Below are positions 17,547-24,223 of a DNA stretch of 24,223 bases, piece by piece. How positions within the stretch are numbered: position 1 is the stretch's first letter; every line of letters begins with the position of its first letter. The notes under the pieces were generated by a model. That model saw only the letters and a program-made list of their open reading frames with translations, made no database searches and was not told the origin of the DNA. The DNA comes from a virus (Duplodnaviria; Caudoviricetes), in the IMG/VR virus record IMGVR_UViG_3300007960_000187, positions 1-24,223 of that record; one strand, written 5' to 3'. A program made the position numbers and the translations under genes.

Positions 17547-17716
17547 ACGTCAACTATATAAAATCAAGCCTACGCGCATTGGTGCATAATCAACTAAGCT
17601 CAGCAAGCGAAACTGCAAGATTGTCGTTGCTACTGATTGAGCGGCAACAGGCTGAAATTGAGTTGCTGAAAGAGCAGCTATCAGAAGTGAACAGCAAAGA
17701 AGCTGAGGAAATGTAA
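17543..17716 (+). CDS. Small coiled-coil hypothetical protein (57 aa), not in the ORF track
   Basis: MNVNYIKSSLRALVHNQLSSASETARLSLLLIERQQAEIELLKEQLSEVNSKEAEEM*; ATGA and TAATG overlaps with its neighbours. Confidence 0.7.
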   Translation: MNVNYIKSSLRALVHNQLSSASETARLSLLLIERQQAEIELLKEQLSEVNSKEAEEM

Positions 17717-18078
17717 TGAAAGGTTACGTAAGAGTAGTATTTACAGACGAAGAAGTGAGCAAGATCATTGACCTTGCTCGTGATGTAATTTTGTATAATG
17801 ATTTGGATAAGGAAGATCAGTTTAGCTGGACAATAAAAGAATCTAAATTTCTTTTTTGGACGTGTGAATACAAGATAATTGCAGCTAACGTGCCGGACAA
17901 GATATCGCCATTCTTTTGTCACTATGACTATGCTCAGGGTTATCATTACTGCGAGCTGAGCCCGCTTGGTAAAAATCTAGTGGCGTTATATAAGCTTGTT
18001 AGAAATAGCCATAAAATATACCTCGATGAAGATCTTTGTGGTGCTGTAAATTCACTAAGAAATCGTGGTTACATTTAG
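17716..18078 (+). CDS. Hypothetical protein (AT-rich)
   Basis: 120 aa; GAGG RBS; coupled to the upstream ORF; followed by a terminator. Confidence 0.65.
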   Translation: MKGYVRVVFTDEEVSKIIDLARDVILYNDLDKEDQFSWTIKESKFLFWTCEYKIIAANVPDKISPFFCHYDYAQGYHYCELSPLGKNLVALYKLVRNSHKIYLDEDLCGAVNSLRNRGYI

Positions 18079-18085
18079 CTTAACA

Positions 18086-18112
18086 TAAAGCCCCTTTCGG
18101 GGCTTCTTTTTT
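18086..18112. terminator. Bidirectional terminator
   Basis: AAAAGCCCC-TTTC-GGGGCTTCTTTTTT between convergent genes. Confidence 0.8.
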
Positions 18113-18113
18113 A

Positions 18114-19268
18114 TTACCAGTTTGTGAACAGTACCATTGTTTCGCCGTTTGCATCTTCTTGGCCAGCAAACGTCACGCTAACAGTTTGAGCGTTATCACC
18201 CTCCGCAGTTGCCGCTGTGAATTTGGCTTTTGGCATATAGATGATGGCTTTTTTACCATCGGACCAATTGAATTCCAAGCCGAAACCTTGGTTGTTTGTC
18301 GGGTCCTCCGCGATTTTCTGCCACTTGCGCGAGTCGTCAACATAAGGACGCATCACCGCCGTACCAGTAAACTCTGGATTTGCACCCATAATGTAATGTG
18401 GCGACTCACAAGCTGCGCCCGGTGATGTCTCGTAACCATTGCTTACAGTCGCTTCATAGCTAATTACCGCACAATCAGCTAGCGGCGAATCATCAAGCCA
18501 GAAGTTTTCCACATTATGCACGGCACTGGTGGTTTCGTAAGCTGTTGCTGCTGCATCCGTTTGGCCGCTAATTGCTGCGGTTCCGGCGATTTTGTAGTTG
18601 CCTACAGTCTCGACTGACGCAGTACAAATACCAGTTTCCGGCACTGTCACTGTGCAATTGTTAGCAAAAAAGTCGTAGAAAGACTGGTGGTTAAGATTGC
18701 CAACCGCGCTTTCGTCATAAATCCGCTCCTGAAACATAAACGCAGTTTGCGTCATGCCGTTGGCGTATTTTTTACTGGAAACCGTCATGCTCGCGCCTGC
18801 CGCCTCGGTTGCTGCTGGTGCTGGGCTTGTTACTAAATCATCGCCAGATTTACCAGTAACACGGTAGGCAATGTTGTTCAGTGGATTTGTTGCGCCACTC
18901 AGAAAAACAAAGTCACCGATTGCGATGGTGTTGCTCGGAACAGTCAAGCCATTGGCTAAAATTGCAACATCAGTACCGGTATGCGAATTGTCATCAAGCA
19001 CAGCATGCAAACCAGCGACTAAAAAATCTTTTAGCTGAGTTGTGATGTCAGCCTCGATGGTCGCTTGGTAATCGATGCGATCATAAACCTGCTCTTTGCC
19101 GCCGCGATTTTGTGTCAGGTTGTTGCCTTGAACGTATGCGGTGTTTTGCTGGATAACGCCGCTTGAGCGCTGGACCCGGGTAAATTGCGGAGTTGCGTCA
19201 GGAGTGCCAACCGTGGTTTGCACCTTGTAAAATAAATCAATGTCACTGCGGACAAGCTGTCTAGCCAT
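18114..19268 (-). CDS. Major tail (tube) protein
   Basis: 384 aa, Thr/Ala-rich; N-terminal QTTVGTPDATP-F--V-R and C-terminal IYMPKAKFT; follows the tail terminator gene. Confidence 0.8.
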   Translation of the reverse strand: MARQLVRSDIDLFYKVQTTVGTPDATPQFTRVQRSSGVIQQNTAYVQGNNLTQNRGGKEQVYDRIDYQATIEADITTQLKDFLVAGLHAVLDDNSHTGTDVAILANGLTVPSNTIAIGDFVFLSGATNPLNNIAYRVTGKSGDDLVTSPAPAATEAAGASMTVSSKKYANGMTQTAFMFQERIYDESAVGNLNHQSFYDFFANNCTVTVPETGICTASVETVGNYKIAGTAAISGQTDAAATAYETTSAVHNVENFWLDDSPLADCAVISYEATVSNGYETSPGAACESPHYIMGANPEFTGTAVMRPYVDDSRKWQKIAEDPTNNQGFGLEFNWSDGKKAIIYMPKAKFTAATAEGDNAQTVSVTFAGQEDANGETMVLFTNW

Positions 19269-19704
19269 TTGTTAAGCCCTCATAAGTAATCAAAACTTGA
19301 ATGCCCAAGCGATACCATGGGCTGTCATCAGTATAACCGATTGTTTCCGGCGTAGCATCAAACGAGCGCAACAAGCCGTCGTTAGCAATATTAATGTTGC
19401 TGAATGACTGCAAAAGTGCCGGCATTGTTTGCTGCTGTGCCGTGTTGATTAAGCTGATTTTGTCGGCCGGCACAAATAAATCAATAAAATGCAGCGATGA
19501 CGCGCGAACAAACCCGCCAACCGACTGCGGAAAATCAATTTCTCGCGTGTACTGAATTGCATTGATTGCCGTTTGCGACAGCGTTGGCTTTGTGCCAAGG
19601 TCGGTATTGTGCGTATTAGCTGCCAGCAATCCAGTCGGCAAGTTGGCTCGCAAATACTGCTCCAGCAATCGCTTGTATGTCGCTGATAAGTCGTAAACTG
19701 TCAT
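19261..19704 (-). CDS. Putative tail terminator / completion protein
   Basis: Synteny immediately upstream of the tube gene; IDLFVP and PWYR motifs. Confidence 0.55.
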   Translation of the reverse strand: MTVYDLSATYKRLLEQYLRANLPTGLLAANTHNTDLGTKPTLSQTAINAIQYTREIDFPQSVGGFVRASSLHFIDLFVPADKISLINTAQQQTMPALLQSFSNINIANDGLLRSFDATPETIGYTDDSPWYRLGIQVLITYEGLTNG

Positions 19705-20084
19705 GCTCGTTTTGCTCTCTCAATTGCCACTGATAATGTGCGCGGTGCGGTCTGCTCAGAATAGCCTGTTTCCATAATGCGATATGCATAAGGCATATTG
19801 TTTTGCAGATAAATCACTGGCGATTGCTCGACACTATAGCTTGCCAGTGTTGCGGCGATACGCGCTTGCGACTCGCTAACCGCTGCCGATTTTGACTTCG
19901 GCGTTTCGTCTTTGAATCTACTTGGATTGCCAACCGCCACCAAAAAGTTACTTGCTAAAATACCGTCGCGGTACGCCGCTTTAATGACTAGCTCATTACC
20001 AAGCGACAGCGCAACTTTACGCTGCTTTTTGCTGATTTGGTCGTTCAAGAAGTCGCCAACTTGGTTAAAGTTTATTGTCGGCAT
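19701..20084 (-). CDS. Neck/tail completion protein (HK97 gp10-like)
   Basis: DG-L--NF...IYLQNNMPYAYRI-E-GYSEQ-AP motif; likely start ATG 20084. Confidence 0.7.
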   Translation of the reverse strand: MPTINFNQVGDFLNDQISKKQRKVALSLGNELVIKAAYRDGILASNFLVAVGNPSRFKDETPKSKSAAVSESQARIAATLASYSVEQSPVIYLQNNMPYAYRIMETGYSEQTAPRTLSVAIERAKRA

Positions 20085-20425
20085 AGCAACCGCCAAGCGG
20101 CGTCGGCGCCGTCAACACTGGCATTGATAATTGATAATTGAGCGCCGTCAAACGCGCAAGAAAAATCAACAGCGGTTAGACTTGGCAATCCGACATTCTC
20201 AACAATCAGCGCGAACTCAGCCTCGGCGTATTGCTGAGATTCTGAGTAACTCAGGCTTGTGCGGATAGCTTCAACGTTATACGTAGCGCCTGCGGTGATA
20301 ACGCCAGTGTCAGGGTTTCGCGTGTCGTTTGTAGTAACAATAAGCGGCTTTTTGAATGCGCCGAAAGTGCCGTTAATTAGCGTGTCAGCTATGTTTTTGA
20401 ATAGTGCTGGGGTTGGATTTGTCAT
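20072..20425 (-). CDS. Putative head-closure / head-tail adaptor
   Basis: 117 aa with FG-------T----NPDTG motif; neck-module synteny. Confidence 0.55.
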   Translation of the reverse strand: MTNPTPALFKNIADTLINGTFGAFKKPLIVTTNDTRNPDTGVITAGATYNVEAIRTSLSYSESQQYAEAEFALIVENVGLPSLTAVDFSCAFDGAQLSIINASVDGADAAWRLLCRQ

Positions 20426-20739
20426 TTCTTTACCCCTATCGCCACGGCTATCGCAACGGTGATAAGGCCAACGAGCGCATAAAGCGCTTTCATGCCAAGT
20501 TCGCGAAACGGCTTGCCTCGCTCATTCTCAAGCTCAAGAATATAAACGCGACCTTGCAGTACATCGTTTTCTTCTTCGACTTTTTTGACGCGCTCTGAAA
20601 GCATTTGTTCAGTTTGTTGCTTGACAGCCATTTGCGTGACTAACTCATGAATTGAGTTGACGAGCTTGTCTATTTTTTCTTCTAGCGAAGCTAGCCTACT
20701 GTCTGTGTGACTCTGCTCGCCGCTGAATTTCTCTGGCAT
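20422..20739 (-). CDS. Coiled-coil protein with C-terminal TM helix (holin/XhlA-like architecture)
   Basis: Heptad coiled coil RLASLEEKIDKL...RVYILE; C-terminal ALYALVGLITVAIAVAIGVKK. Confidence 0.6.
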   Translation of the reverse strand: MPEKFSGEQSHTDSRLASLEEKIDKLVNSIHELVTQMAVKQQTEQMLSERVKKVEEENDVLQGRVYILELENERGKPFRELGMKALYALVGLITVAIAVAIGVKK

Positions 20740-20858
20740 TTTTGACGTCTTGGTATTGATTCAATGCGGAAATTATAGCTGCAACGGTGTCGTAAATGCA
20801 AATAGACACATAAATGACTTGACACACTACGCAGCAAACCAATAGCGCACTCCAAGCG

Positions 20859-21302
20859 CTATTTAGTTCTCCGCCATCGTACGCAACTAGCGATGATGAC
20901 GCAGTGAATGCAAGTAACAGTACTTGCGTAATGATTGTAAAGCCATGTTTCAACCGTTGCATTTGTCCACGCATCCACTGCCATTATTGCTGTAAACAGA
21001 ATCATGATAGCACACGAAAAGCGCGTTTTGGCACCTGTCAAAAACTGATAAGCCATTGAATAACAAAAACAATACAAAAGCATTAGCTGCCAACCGTTAA
21101 CTAGTTCGTATGTTGAGCTATAGCTTACAAATACGCAGGCGATTGTCGCACAAAACGCGATGGCAATGTCTTTAGAGCGGATAAAAAGAAAGGCCATCAG
21201 ATAGATGGCCAACAGGTTATTTGCGACGCCGAGAACGACTTGCTGGCTTAGTGTCAGGGTCGCGTGGCTTTTGAACTGGACTGCCCATTCTATTATTTCC
21301 AT
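20859..21302 (-). CDS. Multi-pass membrane protein of unknown function
   Basis: About 4-5 hydrophobic segments; the start position is uncertain. Confidence 0.6.
   Translation of the reverse strand: MEIIEWAVQFKSHATLTLSQQVVLGVANNLLAIYLMAFLFIRSKDIAIAFCATIACVFVSYSSTYELVNGWQLMLLYCFCYSMAYQFLTGAKTRFSCAIMILFTAIMAVDAWTNATVETWLYNHYASTVTCIHCVIIASCVRWRRTK
21217..21288 (-). CDS. Candidate 23-aa basic Pro/Arg-rich peptide nested in another frame
   Basis: MGSPVQKPRDPDTKPASRSRRRK*; preceded by GGAAATAATAGA. Confidence 0.4.
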   Translation of the reverse strand: MGSPVQKPRDPDTKPASRSRRRK

Positions 21303-21307
21303 TTTGT

Positions 21308-21706
21308 TTAACCAGCCTTCACTTTAGCAGCGTTATACCGATTTGCATAGTCAGCAATCATTTGTGCGCGTTTGCGAAAGTGCTTTACTGACATGATGAA
21401 GCGACTGCCAACTTTCTCGCCGCTAAATGCTTGCTCAACCTCATCAAGCGAAAGCTTGACTCTTGCTGACATTCCAAAAGCCATAAGCATTCTAGCCTTT
21501 TCTTTAGTGTCCGAACCAATCCACCGCTCTAGCAGCTCAGCTTTACTGATAAGCGTACGATATAGCGCCTTTGCTTGCGCCTCTCGCTCAACCTGCTTAC
21601 CAGCTAATAAACAGCACTTAACCTCATGTAATCGCTCAGGTGCAGGCTTGCGCCGCGTGGTTGCATTGTAAAACTCTAATAAAATTTCAAACTGGTCAGA
21701 TGTCAT
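21308..21706 (-). CDS. Hypothetical protein (basic, helical)
   Basis: 132-aa ORF, divergent from 21773. Confidence 0.6.
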   Translation of the reverse strand: MTSDQFEILLEFYNATTRRKPAPERLHEVKCCLLAGKQVEREAQAKALYRTLISKAELLERWIGSDTKEKARMLMAFGMSARVKLSLDEVEQAFSGEKVGSRFIMSVKHFRKRAQMIADYANRYNAAKVKAG

Positions 21707-21772
21707 TTTTCTTGCTCTTTTGGTTTTAATGATTTAAGTTTATAGCAAGTTAGTTAAAACGACAAGTGAGAA

Positions 21773-22123
21773 ATGAAAATGAAAACAGCAATCACAACAT
21801 TTAGATCATTAGACGGCTACTGGCTACACTCAGGTAAAGGCTATGCGTTTTTCCACACCTCCAGACGCCCAAGCGAAGATCAATCTGACGTTGAGGCAAT
21901 TTACAACTGTGATGAGTGCTGGCAATCAAGCCAGCCTAGCGACTCGGTTCGAGTAAACAGTGAGCCTTTAATTTTTGTCGATGTTTGGGATGACAATGGC
22001 CTATTCCACGGTTTTGCGTATGCCGTGACTATCACCGTGATTACGTGTGCAATGGTATGGCTGATTGGTAGCGGATTAATCCCGCAAGCGGTAGCTGGAC
22101 TGATTGAGTGGCTACAATCATGA
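21773..22123 (+). CDS. Hypothetical protein with C-terminal TM helix
   Basis: 116 aa; FAYAVTITVITCAMVWLIG hydrophobic segment; ATGA coupling to the next gene. Confidence 0.6.
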   Translation: MKMKTAITTFRSLDGYWLHSGKGYAFFHTSRRPSEDQSDVEAIYNCDECWQSSQPSDSVRVNSEPLIFVDVWDDNGLFHGFAYAVTITVITCAMVWLIGSGLIPQAVAGLIEWLQS

Positions 22124-22518
22124 GCAAAAAAGAATCGAAAAAATTAAGAGCAGATCACGCTAACGACTTAATAAAAGCAATATCATCACACGGAAGGATG
22201 TTTTTTCGCGTCAATGATACTGTTGCTCGTATTGAGGTTGATGATTGCGGAAAAGTATGGTTCTTTGATGCGTGGAGTGGTGAAAGAGTTTACACCCATT
22301 ATCATGGTCATTGGCGTAATTTTTCATGCGGTGGTACTTTAAAGAATCTTGTTTGCATGATGCGAGATTACATTTCAATCGGTAAAAAAATACCGATCTC
22401 GGTTATAGCTCCAAAGGGAATCTGTTGCGGATCTGATATTTGGGGTTATGGCGCCGATGCAAAAAAGGCGCTGCGCGAGGATGTAAAACTAATGCCAATA
22501 ATTGAGCTACAATCATGA
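22120..22518 (+). CDS. Phage hypothetical protein
   Basis: Start ATG 22120 (MSKKES); HGR-FF...G-VWF-D--SG-R-YTH...W--FS-GGTL--LV pattern that I recall from phage hypotheticals (unverified). Confidence 0.65.
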   Translation: MSKKESKKLRADHANDLIKAISSHGRMFFRVNDTVARIEVDDCGKVWFFDAWSGERVYTHYHGHWRNFSCGGTLKNLVCMMRDYISIGKKIPISVIAPKGICCGSDIWGYGADAKKALREDVKLMPIIELQS

Positions 22519-22676
22519 AACAATCAGGCGAAGTATGGGTACAGGCAATGTACCAACTGAAATTAGAACACGAGGCAGAGCAAAAGCGGCTACAGCGTGA
22601 AACTGCAAATCGCGTGCGTGAAAAGCAATACGCGCTTGAAATGAAAAGAATTGAGCGTGAACACGGGGCTATCTAG
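22515..22676 (+). CDS. Small charged helical protein (53 aa), not in the ORF track
   Basis: MKQSGEVWVQAMYQLKLEHEAEQKRLQRETANRVREKQYALEMKRIEREHGAI*; ATGA overlap; its TAG overlaps the convergent gene's TAG (CTAG). Confidence 0.6.
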   Translation: MKQSGEVWVQAMYQLKLEHEAEQKRLQRETANRVREKQYALEMKRIEREHGAI

Positions 22677-23104
22677 CCCCGTTTTAATCCAGTTGAGCCG
22701 TAAAGTAGAAACGGCTGTAGCAGTCTATCCAACTCCGGCACTCGCGGCTTATAAGTGACTTGAGAACCGCTTTCGTATGTTGTCGATACTTGTCCAACCC
22801 CTTCTAGCTGTTGCGAAACGCTAGATACCAATCCGCCAGCCAACACGGTAGCATCAAGCGCCAACCGTCCGGCCTGTTGCAATTCGCAAGCTTTGAGCGC
22901 CGCTTTGTTGATTGCTGTAATTGCGTCAGTATCAGTTGTTGGCAGCATGTACTCAGGCTGTAGCGTGTAGTACAGATTGATAAAATCCGCGCTTTTGATG
23001 ATGTCAAAATCGAGATTTGGCGTATCAACCGTGATGTTTCGCTCTGCGGCGTATGCGTTGTATTCCGCAGCTGTAATGTATGCGTTTGTTCCGACTGTTG
23101 ACAT
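22673..23104 (-). CDS. Head-tail connector/adaptor (family often labelled DnaT-like)
   Basis: Start ATG 23104 (TAATG); NAYIT-AE--AYA--R, A-DFI, VG-VSTTY and LL-PFL motifs. Confidence 0.65.
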   Translation of the reverse strand: MSTVGTNAYITAAEYNAYAAERNITVDTPNLDFDIIKSADFINLYYTLQPEYMLPTTDTDAITAINKAALKACELQQAGRLALDATVLAGGLVSSVSQQLEGVGQVSTTYESGSQVTYKPRVPELDRLLQPFLLYGSTGLKRG

Positions 23105-23679
23105 TATAAAATTACCTGTGGTGATAGCTCGAACCAAGTATACTGCGTGTATACCATGATTGCACTAGTCGAGGCGTTTTCAAATTCAATCAAAAACGAT
23201 GTGTTCGGAGCCAAAAGCCGAAACGTGTCGGAAGAATCAGTCCCGCCAACAACACGGTTTCCAGCGCCCACTGAACCGAAAATAGGAAAGTTTGTGACAT
23301 CAGTACCGGCTGTTGGAGTTGCGCCCGTGATCACATTAACTTGCGAGTTTGATGAGTAAGCCGTGTCAGTTCTAAGATTTTTTATTGGTATTGCTGCGCC
23401 AATTGTGCCGCCAGCGTATGACGAGTATGCGCGGTAATACAGCAGCTCTTTATTTGTTGTGTTTTCCCGCCCTAACAGAACGGTATATCTGTCTGTCGGG
23501 CATCTAAATAAAATGTAACTTTTAGCGCCAGCCGCAATAGTTTGATTGTAGTATGCAAAATAGCCCAAGCCACGAGCAATTGCATCATCGCGATAGTTAA
23601 GCGCTTGGGTTGCAACTCTATCTAGCGTGTTGCCGCGAAGTAAAACTCTGTTTGGATAGCCATTTACGACAAGACCCAT
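23104..23679 (-). CDS. Hypothetical, probably virion-associated beta-rich protein
   Basis: 191 aa; CAGGAG RBS; located in the head module. Confidence 0.6.
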   Translation of the reverse strand: MGLVVNGYPNRVLLRGNTLDRVATQALNYRDDAIARGLGYFAYYNQTIAAGAKSYILFRCPTDRYTVLLGRENTTNKELLYYRAYSSYAGGTIGAAIPIKNLRTDTAYSSNSQVNVITGATPTAGTDVTNFPIFGSVGAGNRVVGGTDSSDTFRLLAPNTSFLIEFENASTSAIMVYTQYTWFELSPQVIL

Positions 23680-23786
23680 TATTAGTACTCCTGCATATTC
23701 GTTTAGGCGTTGTCAGGATAAACTTGACTTACAATTAGGCTGGCGCCGACACCTACGCCACCGCTATAAATTACCAATCCAATTGA

Positions 23787-24020
23787 TTAGTCACCAAGCG
23801 CTAGCGAGTAAGTTGCGCCACCAGAGGGTGTGAACTTAATGCGTAAGTTTTTCGTCTCAACCTTATGTTTTCCATCCGTACTGATTACATCATCATCAAT
23901 CCACGCTTCGCCATCCCAAATCGCAAGCTGAATGCTGCCGCCGTTGGTTTTAACGGCTAAGTTGATGTATTCAATAATGTTACTAAATGCAAATTCTTGT
24001 GTGTCTGTGAAACGTTCCAT
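23787..24020 (-). CDS. Hypothetical small beta-rich protein
   Basis: 77 aa; GGGGG RBS. Confidence 0.6.
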   Translation of the reverse strand: MERFTDTQEFAFSNIIEYINLAVKTNGGSIQLAIWDGEAWIDDDVISTDGKHKVETKNLRIKFTPSGGATYSLALGD

Positions 24021-24028
24021 ATAACCCC

Positions 24029-24058
24029 CAATAAGAAGCCGCTTATTCAGCGGCTTCT
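24029..24058 (-). terminator. Stem-loop, probable terminator
   Basis: 10-bp stem AGAAGCCGCT-GAATA-AGCGGCTTCT followed by TATT; weak U tract. Confidence 0.5.
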
Positions 24059-24223
24059 GTTTTACTCTGCTTGACTTGCTTAGCCTTGACTTCGTCAGCG
24101 TCTTTAGCGCCGCGCAAAGCCTTGATCAAGTCTTCATCGTCTGTTTCGACCTCGCCAGCCGGAAGGCTAACTAAGCCGCCACGGACAAGCAATTGCTTAT
24201 CCGTGGACAGGTTGAACTTAGCC
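24043..24223 (-). CDS. 5'-truncated small protein (probably just downstream of the capsid gene)
   Basis: Open frame AKFNLSTDKQLLVRGGLVSLPAGEVETDDEDLIKALRG...KTEAAE*; the start probably lies just outside the window. Confidence 0.6.
   Translation of the reverse strand, partial: AKFNLSTDKQLLVRGGLVSLPAGEVETDDEDLIKALRGAKDADEVKAKQVKQSKTEAAE

Noticed and set aside
20859-20861. Genome-wide amber (TAG) recoding
   Set aside because: TAG ends several well-supported genes (276, 16671, 19261, 22673), long genes are intact under code 11, and no suppressor tRNA is seen.
20696-20974. 92-aa hydrophobic ORF as an independent gene
   Set aside because: Overlaps both neighbours and lacks a clear RBS; mentioned only as a possible frameshift continuation.
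484-23359. Numerous antisense or alternative-frame ORFs in the track (e.g. 484-714, 805-1083, 2519-2881, 12085-12489, 17590-17946, 21372-21671)
   Set aside because: They lie within well-supported genes on the other strand or frame and have no motifs or RBS.
23703-23786. Open frame SIGLVIYSGGVGVGASLIVSQVYPDNA continuing after the TAA of 23787-24020
   Set aside because: No convincing start or RBS; it could be a remnant but is compatible with chance.

Overview
This window is a fragment of a tailed dsDNA bacteriophage, siphovirus-like (tape measure, tail tube, frameshifted tail chaperones). The host is probably a gammaproteobacterium, judging from sigma70-type promoters, AGGAG RBSs and an ANR-family gene; this is inference. 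On the + strand, 1-8250 carries replication/recombination genes (Sak4-like ATPase end, SSB, YqaJ exonuclease, SF2 helicase, VRR-NUC). These are followed by accessory genes (hexapeptide-repeat protein, adenine and cytosine methyltransferases, HTH, ANR-like regulator) and an endolysin. On the - strand, 8257-24223 is the late module: holin-like protein, SGNH tailspike, tail tip, tape measure, chaperones, tail tube and neck proteins. Two + strand islands interrupt it (a dUTPase island and 21773-22676). The main unexplained pattern is three accessory genes each bracketed by direct repeats that duplicate the promoter/RBS/start junction (62 bp, 20 bp, ~13-19 bp), suggesting pop-in/pop-out gene cassettes. 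There is also a recurring TAAACTTAAA promoter motif, and a hidden basic 23-aa peptide nested in a membrane-protein gene within the neck module. Family assignments are from motif recognition only; no database searches were run.
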